Assembly: GCF_006345805.1 (NCBI RefSeq)
Contig: NC_043002.1
Coordinates: 90,272,001 to 90,336,000, forward strand
Reading direction: 5' to 3'
Length of the DNA stretch: 64,000 nucleotides
Source of the DNA: Octopus sinensis
Lineage: Eukaryota
Shown: positions 28,969-41,865 of the stretch, piece after piece
Position numbering within the stretch: the stretch's first letter is position 1
Layout: every line of letters starts with the position of its first letter
Made by a program: the position numbers and the translations under genes
The notes under the pieces: generated by a model
What the model was told of the DNA's origin: nothing
Database searches by the model: none
What the model saw: the letters and a program-made list of their open reading frames with translations, nothing else

Positions 28969-29349
28969 GTGGAGGCGCAATGGCCCAGTGGTTAGGGCAG
29001 CGGACTCGCGGTCGTAGAATCACGGTTTCGATTCCCAGACCGGGCGTTTTGAGTGTTTATTGAGCGAAAACACCTAAAGCTCCACGAGGCTCCTCAGGGA
29101 TGTTGGTGATCCTTGCTGTACTCTTTCACCACAACTTTCTCTCACTCTTACTTCCTGTTTCTGTTGTACCTGTATTTCAAGGGGCCGGCCTTGTCACTCT
29201 CTGTGTCATGCTGAATATCCCCGAGAACTACGTTAAGGGTACACGTGTCAGTGGAGTGCTCAGCCACTTACACGTTAATTTCACGAGCAGGTTGTTCCAT
29301 TGATCGGATCAACCGGAACCCTCGTCGTCGTAACCGACGGAGTGCTTCC
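28969..29349 (+). mobile_element. SINE family C nested in a minus-strand SINE A
   Basis: 11-bp TSD acactgtggtc (28958-28968 / 29350-29360); the host SINE A sequence continues on both sides. Confidence 0.9.
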
Positions 29350-29549
29350 ACACTGTGGTCATGCTGGGGCACTGCTTTTAAAAACTTTTAGTTGAATGAA
29401 TTGACCCCAGTACTTTTTAAAATTATCTTAAGCCTGGTGCTTATTCTATTAGTCTCTGTTGCCAAATCACTAAGTTACTGGAATGTGAACACTCCAACAA
29501 TGGTTGTCAAGCAGTACTGGGAGACAAACACACACACTCAAAGACCCAT

Positions 29550-30105
29550 ACACTTCAATGACTGGCATCTGTGCTAGTGGAGTGCTAAGAGCGTGATCGT
29601 TGCCAGAGCAGCTAAATCGAAATCAAATTCAATGACTTGCATCCATGCTAGTGGAGCACTAAGAGCACCATCTAAGCATGACTGTTGCCAGGACAGCTAA
29701 CTGGCTTCCATGCCGGTGGCACATAAATTGCATCATTCAAACGTAATCATTACCAGCATTGCCTTACTGGCACTTGTGCTGGTGGCACGTGAAAAAACAT
29801 TCGAGCGAGGTCGTTGCCAGTGCCACTGGACTGGCTCCTGTGCAGGTGGCACGTAAAAAAACACCATTTGAGCATGGCCATTGCCAGTACTGCCTGTTTT
29901 GCCCTCTTGTCGGTGGCATGTAAAAGCACCCACTACACTCTTGGAGTGGTTGTCATTAGGAAGGGCATCCAACTGTAGAAAATCTGCCAGATCAGATTGG
30001 AACCTGGTGCAGCCATCTGGTTCACCAGTCCTCAGTCAAATCGTCCAACCCATGCTAGAATGGAAAGCAGGCGTTAAACAATGATGATGATGATGATGAT
30101 GATGA
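29550..30105 (+). mobile_element. RTE 3'-UTR fragment with expanded subrepeats
   Basis: Multiple ggtggcacgt(g/a)aaaaa(g)cacc units, conserved terminus, (GAT)n tail. Confidence 0.8.
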
Positions 30106-30487
30106 TATCCAAATATATATAATGGGCTTCTTTCAGTTTCCATCCACCAAATCCACTCACAAAGCTTTGGTTGGCTTGAGGTTGTAGTAAAAGACACTTG
30201 CCCAAGGTGTCATGCTGTGGGACTGAACCTGGAACTTTGTGGTTGGGAAGCAAACTTCTTACCACACAGCCACCTTAGCATTTTGGAAAAAAACTACTTT
30301 GTGGTATTTAGTGAGGATCTTTACATTCTGAGTTCAGATCCTGTTGAGGTCAGCCCTGCTTTTCTTCTGTTCAGGGTTGATAAAGTGAACAACCAGTCAA
30401 GTACAGGAATCAGTGGTAGTTGAGTAAACCCCTCCCCTCATATGTGCCAACATATGAAACCATTATTATGATTATTATTATTATTAC

Positions 30488-30523
<36 letters not shown>

Positions 30524-30544
30524 CATTATTATTATTATTATTAT

Positions 30545-30880
30545 CATTTGGCCCCCATGCTGGTGGCACCTTAAAGCACCATCTGTTCGTGTCCATTGCC
30601 AGCCTCGCTTGGCCCCTGTGCCAGTGGCACGTAAAAGCACCATCCATTCGTGGCCGTTTGCCAGCTCCGTCTGTCACCTGTGCGGGTGGCACGTAAAAAG
30701 CACCCACTACACTCACGGAGTGGTTGGCGTTAGGAAGGGCATCCAGCTGTAGAAACAATGCCAGATCTGACTGGGCCTGATGCAGCCTTCCGGCTTCACA
30801 GACCCCAGTTGAACCGTCCAACCCATGCTAGCATGGAAAACGGACGCTAAATGATGATGATAATGATGATGATGATGATG
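30545..30880 (+). mobile_element. RTE 3'-UTR fragment
   Basis: Three subrepeats plus the conserved terminus and (GAT)n tail. Confidence 0.8.
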
Positions 30881-30883
30881 ATG

Positions 30884-30926
<43 letters not shown>

Positions 30927-31999
30927 TATTATCATCATCATCATCCTCATCATCCTCATCATCCTCATCATCCTCATCATCATTTAGGTGCAATTCTGCA
31001 AGCTGGCAGAATTGTTAGCATGCCAGGCAAAATGCTTAGTGGAATTTTGTTTGCCTTCACATTCTGGTTCAAATTCTGCTGAGGTTGACTTTACTGTTCC
31101 TCTTCCCAGGGTGTCAACAAAATGAGTACCTGTTGAAAACTGGGGTTGATTTAATCGACTTAGTCCCTCCACCCAAATTACTGGCCTTGTTCCAAAATTT
31201 GAAATCATTATTATCTAGGTGGTGGTCTTAGAGTATTAGCAGCATTTCTTCCAGATCTTTCTGTTCCAGGTTCAAATTCTGCTGATGTTGACTTTGTCTT
31301 TCATCCTTTCATGCCTGATAAAATAAAGTACCAGTCAAGTTGGGGGGGGGGGGGGTCAATATAATCAACTGCATACTCCTCATAGGATTGCTGGTCTGGT
31401 GGTGACAGTGGTATTGGTGCTGGTGGGGATGATAATGCTGATGATAGTGATGATGATACACTTCTTTCTCTTGAAAGAAGAAAAAAAAAAACACTATTTA
31501 ATGTATAAACAAAATTAAAATATGATATCAATATGATATCACATAGAAACACTGATGTATAAATGTCAACAACATCAAAATATAATATCAATATATTACA
31601 TAAAAAATATGAGTAACAAATACGATATAAAATGAAACAAAAATTTTAATAAGAGCAAAATAAAATTGTTTTCTTCTCTGTTCTATTGGTCATGTGACAC
31701 ATTGTCTGTTCTTTCTATTTGATCATGTGATACAATATGTCATCTGCTCTTTATATTATCTGTCACTCTTTGTAACTCCAGATGTCTCCCACACTCTCTC
31801 ACAGTCTGTTTCTCTCTCTATTATCATCTTCCTCTCTGTTCTCTTCTTTTTCCCAGTCTCTGAATGTAACATATATACATACATACACACACACATACAC
31901 ACTCTCTCACACACATACTGTGCACTTACATAGACCAAACACTCTCAGGTACATTCACAGCCACAAACACTCAAGTATACACATGTGCATGCACACACA

Positions 32000-32064
<65 letters not shown>

Positions 32065-33301
32065 ACACACACACACACACACATCCAACATTAGAGTATG
32101 TGATGTCTGTTCTGATCTCTATATGGTGTTAAGTGTTACGGAGCAGGAACATAATCTCTGGCTGAAATAAGTTTGGCAGACTTTATTTTTAGCTGAGTCT
32201 GTGAGTCAATCTTTATTCTTAGTTGAATCTGTGATTCAATCTTTGTACTCAGTTGTATCTCTGAGTCTTTATTCTTAGTTGAAATCACTTCGGTCATTTC
32301 ACCCCAATAATGTTCTTGAGAAAATCTGAATTTAATACACAATGTCTCTCTACAGCATTAAGTATCTTTGTCCCAAAGTAAGAAATCTATATGGTTCTGT
32401 GTAATATATATATATTATATACACGTATATATGTACATGCGTGTGCTTATTTTTATTTATGTTTGTGTGTGTAATATATAGATACACACACACATATATA
32501 TATATATATATATTACACATTCACACACACATAAATAGAAATAAGCATATATATATATATATATATATATATACTTGGGGGCATTTATTGCATTTGTTTT
32601 TTCTATATGTATGTGTGTATGTACATGTATATTTGTATGTGTGTCTAGATGTATTTTTTTTCTTGAAATTCTTTTGTATAAATGAAACGGGCCAATATGT
32701 TGAAGCCCAGCCACATGGCATTTGGAGTTGCCCAAAATGAAAACAAACATCAACTACATCATCATCATCATCATCATCATTGGTAGTACCAGTTCTTTAT
32801 TGCATGTTGTACACTTGCTTCACCTTCCTGATATTCACAAAGAACTCGGTAACAAAAGCACACAACTCGTGACTGATTAGAATGCTTAGAAAAGAAAGGA
32901 GAGAAAAAAAAACAAAAACAAAAACAGAGATAAAGAATTTAAACAATGAAAGTCAACAAAAAAAACCTTCCAAAATACTTTATGTAGTATGGAATCAACA
33001 CTAATATGTCTATTTGACCTTAAAATCTATGGTACATACATTTCCTGATTTTGGTTCATTCCTTATTTTAGTTCCATATTGCATTCTACTGTGTCTTTTA
33101 TGTTGATCACTATACGGTCATTAAGATCATTTGGTATGCACACACCATACACTGCACTCTTCCTCCTCCTCATCCATCTCTTCACTGTGTCTTATTAACT
33201 GTTTTGGTCCCACATCTCCACTGCTGGTGGTACTGTGCAAGGATTTGGTTTAACCATTCTTATTTCTTGCTTACTAGTTGTCTACTACTACCATCACCAC
33301 C

Positions 33302-33376
<75 letters not shown>

Positions 33377-33384
33377 GCTACTAC

Positions 33385-33418
<34 letters not shown>

Positions 33419-34033
33419 GCTGCTGCTACTTATTTGTTATTGTTATTAAAGAGGTGAGCTGGCAGAATTGTTAGCCTGCCAGGCAAAATGCTTAGCAGCA
33501 TTTCGTCTGTCTTCGTGTTCTGAGTTAAAATTCCGTCGAGGACAGCTTTGCCTTTCATCCTTTTGGGGGTCGATGAAAATAAGCACCAGTTGAAAACTGG
33601 GGTCGATGTGATCGACTTACCCCCATCTCTGCAAATTTCCAACTGTGTGCCTAGAGTAGAAAGGATTGTTATTATTTTTATTATTACTATTTTACAGAAC
33701 TCTTGATCTTACTTGCTCTGGTTAATTTTGTTGTGAGTGGACAGCATTTTGTCGTCAGAGATCTCACTGGGTCTCTTTCCACATATTATAAGACTTGATA
33801 CTTAGTTGTTAAGTATTCTAGAATGGCAAGCTGGCAGAATAATTAGCATGCTGGATGAAATACTTTGCGGCATTTTCTGAGTTCAAATTCTGCTGAGGTT
33901 GACTTTGCCTTTCATCCTTTCAGGGGTCGATGAAATAAGTACCAGTTATGCACTGAGGTCAAAGTAGTCGACTATCCCTTCCCCCAAGTTTCAGGCCTGG
34001 TGCCTTTAGTAGAAAGGATTATTATTATTATTA

Positions 34034-34083
<50 letters not shown>

Positions 34084-34084
34084 T

Positions 34085-34510
34085 ATTGACTTTGCACAGC
34101 TTCTATCACTGGAGATGTACTACGGTGCCAGCTGTTCACTACCAGTGAACAAAGGTAACACTCCTTATTTTTTGAGCACCATCCAGAGTATTCAAGTGGT
34201 ACCAAATAGTACTGTTTTCTGCTAGTGCTTCATCCTTATTGCAACTCCTATTTGTTCCATGTACTTCTCAAGACTTTTACTCACTGTTCCCAGGGCTCCA
34301 ACAATTATTGGTACTGCTATCACCTTTTTCAGAGACCACAACTGCTTAACCTCCTGAGCAAACCTGTCATATCTATTGAATTTTCTTTCTTCCTTATCAC
34401 ATACCTTGTTGTCAGCTAAGCATGCTATATCTATGATCCAGTATTGTTTGCTTTCTTTCTCAATTAAGACTATGTCTGGCTTCCTAATCTCTATCTCACT
34501 GAATCATCTG
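34085..34510 (-). pseudogene. R4/Dong-like non-LTR retrotransposon: restriction-like endonuclease domain plus 3' UTR
   Basis: Translation EIRKPDIVLIEKESKQYWIIDIACLADNKVCDKEERKFNRYDRFAQEVKQLWSLKKVIAVPIIVGALGTVSKSLEKYMEQIG...*QKTVLFGTT*IL shows the PD..D...K..(K/R)Y RLE motif and VPIIVGALG, with two internal stops. The 3' end abuts (TAA)n at 34020-34083. Confidence 0.85.
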
Positions 34511-35421
34511 TAGATCCTTTCTCACCACTTTATACCATGTCTTCCTGGGTCTACTCCTTCCACAAGCATCCCCACAGTTAGAGCTAGGTACTTCTTTATG
34601 CAGCTATCCTCATCGATATGCATTGGGATGGGCATCCAGCCATAGAAACCAAGCTAAAACAGACTATGCATCCTGATGCGGACCCTTGCCTTGCCAGTTC
34701 ATGCCAAGCTGTCCAAACCATGGAAAATAGATGTTAAATGTTGGTGATGGTAATGAGGATATGACAGGCTTCTTTCAGTTTCCATATACCAAATCCATTC
34801 ACAAGGCTTTGATTGGCCCAGGAAGCTGTAGTAGAAAACACTTACCCAAGGTGCCACACAGTAAGACTGTACCCAACCCAAGACCACATAGTTCGAAAGC
34901 AATCTTCTTAACCACACAGCCATGCCTGCACCTATATTTATTGAAAAGGTGGTAATGAAATTTTCCAGAAAATATTTCTTAAAAGCCATGACCACAGATA
35001 CTATGTATACAGACCACAGCCATGACCACAGATACTATGTATATGTGTAACATTACTGAGGTCCACTCCCTTGTTGGTTTGAGCTAACAATTTGCTAACA
35101 ACTTGCATAAGTCGTAACATATTTATATTTAGTGGTTTGTCACTTGCTTCCACAGACCTCTAGAGCTGGGGTTCTCAAATATTTTTATCTATTGACTACT
35201 CCTTTGATTACTATTTTATTCTTGTGGACCCCCATAGCTATTCAATGTTTAAAAACCAGTTTTGTTGACACTTTTTATAAAATTCCTATCTTGTTTTTCA
35301 CATATTAACTTGTATAGGTTGAACTATGTAAAATGTCAGAGAAAGAAACTTAACTGTTCTTTTGCAGTACATAAAAATACATACATCTAAAACAAAATTT
35401 TGTTCAGAGGCCCTTAATATA

Positions 35422-35650
35422 TATTTCTTTACTACCCACAAGGGGCTAAGCACAGATAGGACAAACAAGGACAGACAAACGGATTAAGTCGATTACATCG
35501 ACCTCAGTGCGCAACTGGTACTTAATTTATCGACCCTGAAAGGATGAAAGGTAAAGTCAACCTCGGCGGAATTTGAACTCAGAACGTAACAGCAGACGAA
35601 ATACGGCCATGCATTTCGCCCGGCGCGCTAACGTTTCTGCCAGCTCGCTG
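35422..35650 (-). mobile_element. SINE family B, full length, inserted in the hAT MITE
   Basis: Flanking direct repeat (cct)taatata. Confidence 0.85.
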
Positions 35651-35918
35651 CCTTAATATAGCATTGTGGTTCCCAATTTACTATTTTGTTGCGTGGACCC
35701 CAAAAATGATATATGGACCCTCAGGAGCAATATAGACAAGATGTTCTCAACCAATTTTTATCCATGAATCCCATTGATTACTATTTTATACTGCTGGGAC
35801 CCCACAGTCATTCAGTGTTTAAAAACTAGTTTTATAGAAACTTCTTTCAAAATTCCTGTATTGTTTTCCATATGTTGACTTGTGTAGGTTGAACTATGTA
35901 AAATGTTAGAGAAAGAAA

Positions 35919-37191
35919 GACCGGGCAATAAACACTGCAGATGCTCAGAAAACTGATTCCATCACATGCCAGAGGGAGAAACTAGAAGTAGTTGATAGCT
36001 TCTGCTACCTAGGTGGCCAAGTCTGTAGGTGGGGCTGGATGCTCAGAGAGTGTTGCCCCTAGAATAAGAATAGCCTGGCCAAAGTTCAGAAAGCTCCTAC
36101 ATCTACTGGTGACAAAGAGCCTCTTGCTCAGAGTGAAAGGCAGATTGTACGATGCATATGTGCAAACTGCCATGCTACATGGCAGTGAAACATGGGCCAT
36201 GACTGCCGAAGACATGTGTAAGCTTGAAAGAAATGAAGCTAGTATGGTCCGCTGGATGTGTAATGTCAGTGTGCACACACAACAGAAAGTAAGCACTCTG
36301 AGAGAAATGTTGGACATAAGAAGCATCAGATGTGGTGTGCAAAAGAGATACCTACGCTGGTATGGTCATGTGCTATGTATGGATGAGGAGAGCTGTGTGA
36401 AGAAGTGTCGCCCCCTAACAGTAGAAGGAATCCGTGGAAGAGGGAGGCCCAGGAAGACATGGGATGAGGTGGTGTAGCATGACCTTTGAACGTTGGGCCT
36501 CACAGAGGCAATGATGAAAGACTGAGACCTCTGGAGATATACTGTGATTGAGAAGACTTGGTAAGGTAAGTGAGATCACAGCCATAGCCTACACCAGTGT
36601 CACATAACCAGCCCATTTAAAAAATACCTTTGAATCTCCAGGCAACATTCCATGCTTGAGGAGACCTATTGAGTCAAGTGAATCAAAATCAAATCAAATC
36701 ACAATCAAATTGAAATTGTAGTGTGGCTATTACCAGTGGTGACGGCATGCAATAAGCACCATTCATGCTTGGGTCGCTGCCAGAGCTGCCTGACTGGCTC
36801 CCTGTGCCAGTGGCATGTAAAAAGCACCATTCAAACATGGTCAATGCTAGCCCCACCTCCCACCGACCCAACTGGCTCCTGTGCTGGTGGCACGTAAAAA
36901 GCACCATCCAAATGTGGTTGATGCCAGTGCTACCTGGTTCCTGTGCCGGTGGCACGTAATAAAAGCACCCACTACACTCTTGGAGTGGTTGGTGTTAGTA
37001 AGGGCATCCAGCTGTAGAAACATTACCAGATCAGATTGGAGCCTGGTGCGGCCTCCTGGCTTGTCAGTCCCCAATCAAACCCATGCCAGCATGGAAAACG
37101 GATGATGGTGATGATGGTGATGATGGTGATGGTGGTGGTGGTGATGCTGATGATGATGATGGTGGTGGTGGTGGTGGTGGTGTTGGTGGTG
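35919..37191 (+). mobile_element. 5'-truncated RTE-clade LINE (RT domain 7, thumb, C-terminus, 3' UTR, (GAT/GGT)n tail)
   Basis: KLEVVDSFCYLG, then after a frameshift ORF 36013-36477 with RIRIAWPKF, LHGSETW, LRWYGHV and GRGRPRKTW. It interrupts the MITE at agagaaa-gaaa|...|gaaa-cctagc. Confidence 0.9.
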
Positions 37192-37378
37192 GAAACCTAG
37201 CTGTTTCTTGCAATGCATACATCTAAAACAAAATTCTGTTCAGAGGCCTTTAAAATACTATTGGGGATCCCCAATTTACTGTTTTGTATCAAGGACCCCC
37301 CACAAAAAAATCTTATATGGACTTCATTTGAGAACTACTCTAGAGCTACGCAATAGGGTTCATGTAAATCTAAAGCTG

Positions 37379-37680
37379 TGGAGGCACATGGCCTAGTGGT
37401 TAGAGCAGCAGACTTGCAGTCGATGGATTGTGGGTTCAAATCTCAGACGATGTGTGTGTTTGTGAGTGAAACAACCTAAGCTCCATGCGGCTCCGGCAGA
37501 AGGTAATGGCGAACTTCTGCTGACTCTTTTGCCACAACTTTCTCTCACTCTTTCCTCCTGCATCTTGCAACTCACCTGTAATGGACCGGCGTCCTGTCCA
37601 GGTGGGGAACCTCTACGCCAAGGAAACCAGGAAACCGGCCCTTATGAGCCAGGCATGGCTCAAGAAGGAACAAAGAAACA
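37379..37680 (+). mobile_element. tRNA-derived SINE with C-like head and V-domain-like body
   Basis: tggcctagtggtta and gggttcaaatc boxes; atggaccggcgtcctgtccagg resembles my recollection of the V-SINE central motif. Confidence 0.6.
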
Positions 37681-37992
37681 AACAACAACAAATCTAAAGT
37701 CAATCATATAACTATGGTTATGAGCTAACAATATGCTAACAATATAAACATATAGTTTCTTCTACAACATTTAACATTTACAATAATTGATAAAAAATAA
37801 AAATTACATTTTTAGACCTGATCAACTGTTTCTTTTTTTCTTTCATTTATCAGTTGTATTCTTTATCCTCCAGCTGATATGAGCTTTGCTGCATTTCTAA
37901 CTACACAAATAGAGCATTAAGAAGATTTCTTTTTAAAAAAATGGACAGATGCATGGGTAGATACAATTATTTTTATAGTTTCTTTGATCTAC

Positions 37993-38250
37993 AAACGCAT
38001 ATACACACACACACACACACATACACACTCACACGCACACACATACACACACACTCATACGCACACACACACACTCACACACTCATACGCACACACACAC
38101 ATACACATACACACACACATACACACACACATACACACACACTCATATGCACACACACACACACTCATATGCACAAACTCACACTCACACACACACACAC
38201 ATACACACACACTCATATGCACACACTCACACATACACACACTCATACGC

Positions 38251-38286
<36 letters not shown>

Positions 38287-38494
38287 ACACACTCATATGC
38301 ACACACTCACACATACACACACTCATACGCACACACATACACACACACTCACAAGCACACACATACACACTCACACACACACACCACACACATACACACA
38401 CACTCATATGCACACACTCACACATACACACACTCATACGCACACACATACACACACACTCACAAGCACACACATACACACTCACACACACACA

Positions 38495-38530
<36 letters not shown>
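37993..38530. repeat. (CA)n array with recurring ctcata(t/c)gcac units
   Basis: Seen directly. Confidence 0.9.
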
Positions 38531-38533
<3 letters not shown>

Positions 38534-39450
38534 CATATTTTCTTATAAATGTTCAAATACGAATGTCTTTAGATATGTTTACGTGTTTATCTCAGATAAA
38601 CATATATTTGTTTCTTTTGATTGGGTTACAACTGTCTTATATATCTCGGGAGGTGGGTGGTTGGAGAGGAGTAATGGGAGGTTGTGATAGTCATGCTTCG
38701 CCCGGTAACATTAATATTATAACGAAAACAAAAATGGATGAAGTGACATTGCTGAAACCTAATCTTCTTTCTGGGGTTCATTAGATACTCACACACACAC
38801 ACACACACACACAAATACTTACACTCACACACAGACTCTCTCACACATATATAAACTCATATATACACACACACACAGACTCCTCTCCCTCTCTCTCTCA
38901 CACACACAGACTCACATTCACACACACACAGACTCTCTCTCTCTCTCTCTCTCACACACATAGACTCACATACATACACCACACACACAGACTCTCTCTC
39001 ACACACACACACACACATATCAGACTCATGCACACGCCCCCCCCATACACACACTCAAACTAACACAGACTTACACACAAACTCACACACAGACTCACCC
39101 CCACACACACTTCTCTCTTATGGTGTACTCAAGTGGTTCCCAAACTTTTCAAGGCTGCTGTCTCCCCCACCCAATGTTTAGGCCACTTTCTGTAGCAATT
39201 TCAAGGCAACTGTATTTCATAAATATAATTTAACCGAATTAACCCATTATTTTGTTGTTTTCACATCCAGTGCCCCCTTTTGGCCACCCTTTATCTCCCC
39301 ACTTTTCTTCAACCCCACCGCAGGTGGGAAGTTCCACCCGCTTTGCAGAATCTAGTGTTTAATCCATAGTAACTCAGAGTTTTTTTAATGTTGTTTTTTT
39401 AATGGTCTTAGTTGTTGTTGGACCGCAGTTCTGATAGGGCACTACCTTCA

Positions 39451-40143
39451 GTAAAGTAAAAACTCCTGTCAGTCATGTTAGTTAGTTAGTTAGTTAGTTA
39501 ATTTTTTGGCTCAAAAAGCAAAAAGCAAGGCCATGTAGAGGGGCATGGAGTTAAGTACAGGGTGGCATTCATGTAAAGAGTTCAGGCCACTTGAGGTCAA
39601 GGGAGACTTTGAACAAAGCGGTCGTCGGCATCTTCACCATCTCATCTGGCAGCTTGTTCCACGGATCCGCAACCCGGACAGAGAAAGCCCCTCTCCTTCG
39701 ATTGAGATGAAATCGTCGCAGATAGAGCTTTTCGGAATGACCCCGCAGCCGACGCTCTGGAGCAGGAGTGAAGAACAGCTCTTTCGAGAGGTTACACTTT
39801 CCGCTTATGATGTTGTGAGCGAGAATGAGATCACCATGGGATTGCACTGAGAAAGTCCCCCTCCTGAGCAGACAAGTTTGTTTGAGTGAGACCAGCAGTC
39901 ACCCATGCATTCTAGTCTCCGCTCTCCATACCACTGATGTTTTTTTTTCCAAGGTAAAAGCAAAGACCAACACAGCTTGGTACCAGTGATGCTGCAACTC
40001 ATTTCTACAGCTGAAGGAACTGGAGCAATGTGAAATAAAGTGTCTTGCTCAAGAACACAACACACATGCTGGTCTGGGAATTGAACTCACAACCTCATGA
40101 TTGTAAGCCCAAAACTCCAACCACTGAGCAATGCGTCTTCACA
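39451..40143 (-). mobile_element. SINE family D with a nested CR1
   Basis: 12-bp TSD gcactaccttca (39439-39450 / 40144-40155); the SINE tail is split by the CR1. Confidence 0.8.
39478..39836 (-). mobile_element. 5'-truncated CR1-clade LINE (ORF2 C-terminus, 3' UTR, (TAAC)n tail)
   Basis: ORF GDLILAHNIISG...LFF...LRGHSEKL...FSVRVADPWNKLP...FKVSLD matches the CR1 C-terminal signature. Confidence 0.9.
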
Positions 40144-40168
40144 GCACTACCTTCACAGGTTTAATTAA

Positions 40169-40549
40169 CCCTTTCAGCATTTAAACCAGCCATATCCAGC
40201 CCTAATATTCTGCATATTCTTTGTTCAAACTGGCCAGATCTGAGTTCTCGCATCTACCCTACAAGGTTATTTTTAAAATAGGCAATCACACTATCAAAAT
40301 CTCATAGCTACGAGATAATGCATGACCTATTACTCTTTTACTCTTTTACTTGTTTCAGTCATTTGACTGTGGCCATGCTGGAGCACCGCCTTTAGTTGAG
40401 CAAATCAACCCTAGGACTTATTCTTTGTAAGCCTAGTACATATTCTATCGGTTTCTTTTGCCAAAACCACTAAGTTACAGGGATGTAAACACACCAGCAT
40501 CATCAAGTGATGTTGGGGGGACAAACACAGACACACAAACATATACACA

Positions 40550-40583
<34 letters not shown>

Positions 40584-40587
40584 ACAA

Positions 40588-40637
<50 letters not shown>

Positions 40638-40832
40638 CTGGCTTGTTTCAGTTTCCGCCTACCAAATCCACTCACAAGGCTTTGGTCAGCCCGAGGCTTT
40701 AGAAGAAGACGCTTGTCCAAGGTGCCATGCAGTAGGACTGAACCCAGAACCATGTGGTTGGTAAGTAAGCTACTTACCACACAACCACTCCAACGCCTGT
40801 TAAAATTACAGAATAATTTGAATGCAAAAGGG
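40169..40832. mobile_element. piggyBac-type MITE family 2, interrupted by a SINE A
   Basis: TTAA|CCCTTTCAGCATT ... AATGCAAAAGGG|TTAT; the interior matches 55917-56117. Confidence 0.65.
40338..40790 (-). mobile_element. SINE family A, full length
   Basis: Both halves with an expanded (CA)/(TA) linker. Confidence 0.85.
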
Positions 40833-41069
40833 TTATTGGTAGTGGCTCAAGTACTTATTTTAATATGCTAAATATTTTAGCAATCACTATTTGTTGAATT
40901 GTTAAGTTACAGAATGCAGGATTGATGGCAACAGTTTTTGCAGAGATGTGTACACATACAGACATGTACAGGATCCTACACAGTTTCCAGCCACTAAATT
41001 ACATTCATAGGATATTGGTCAGCTTCTGATTCTTGGCCAAAGTACACACACACACAGGCACACACACAC

Positions 41070-41107
<38 letters not shown>

Positions 41108-41147
41108 CTGCGTGCGCACACACTCATACACACACAAATATGTGCAG

Positions 41148-41520
41148 GCATGGCTGTATGGTTAGGAAGCTTACGTTGCAGCCACACGGTTTTGGGTTCA
41201 GTCCCACTGTGTGGCACCTTGGGCAACCATCTTCTACAATACCCCTGGCTCAACCAATGCTTCGTGAGTAGATCTTGTAGACAGAAACTGTGTGGCAAGC
41301 TGGCAGAAACGTTAGCACGCTGGGCGAAATGCTTAGCAGTATTTCGTCTGCTGTCATGTTCTGAGTTCAAATTCCACCAAGGTCAACTTTGCCTTTCATC
41401 CTTTTGGGGTCGATAAATTAAGTACCAGTTATGCACTGGGGTCGATGTAATTGATTTAATCCGTTTGTCTGTCCTTGTTTGTCCCCTCTGTGTGCAGCCC
41501 CTTGTGGGCAGTAAAGAAAT
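41148..41520 (+). mobile_element. SINE A 5' half joined directly to a full SINE B
   Basis: ...gtagacagaaactgtgt|ggcaagctggcagaaacgttagc...gggcagtaaagaaata. Confidence 0.75.
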
Positions 41521-41795
41521 AAGAGACTGTGTGGAAGCCCACCATATATATATATATATATATATATATAAACATGCAAATGTGTATGTGTGCGTGAGTG
41601 TGTAAGTGTGTGTGTTTGACAAGTGGTGTTGGTTTGTTTATGTTCCCATTGCTTTCTGGTTTGGCAAAAGAGCCCAATAAAATAGTTATCAGACTTGAAA
41701 AACACAAAAGAATAAGTTCTGGAGTTGATTTGTTTGACTAAACCCTTCAAAGAACTGGGCTTAGCATTGTTGCAGTCCAAGTAAGAAATGAAAAT

Positions 41796-41865
<70 letters not shown>

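Larger units (their letters stand above)
35166..37337. mobile_element. hAT-Charlie-type MITE, two tandem units, hosting a SINE B and an RTE
   Basis: 8-bp TSD CTCTAGAG (35158-35165 / 37338-37345); termini ctggggttctcaa ... ttgagaacta; the ~300-bp unit is repeated at 35166 and ~35740. Confidence 0.75.

Noticed and set aside
29550-29935. CRISPR-like repeat/spacer pattern in RTE tails
   Set aside because: The linkers are homologous to each other and part of a dispersed LINE 3' UTR.
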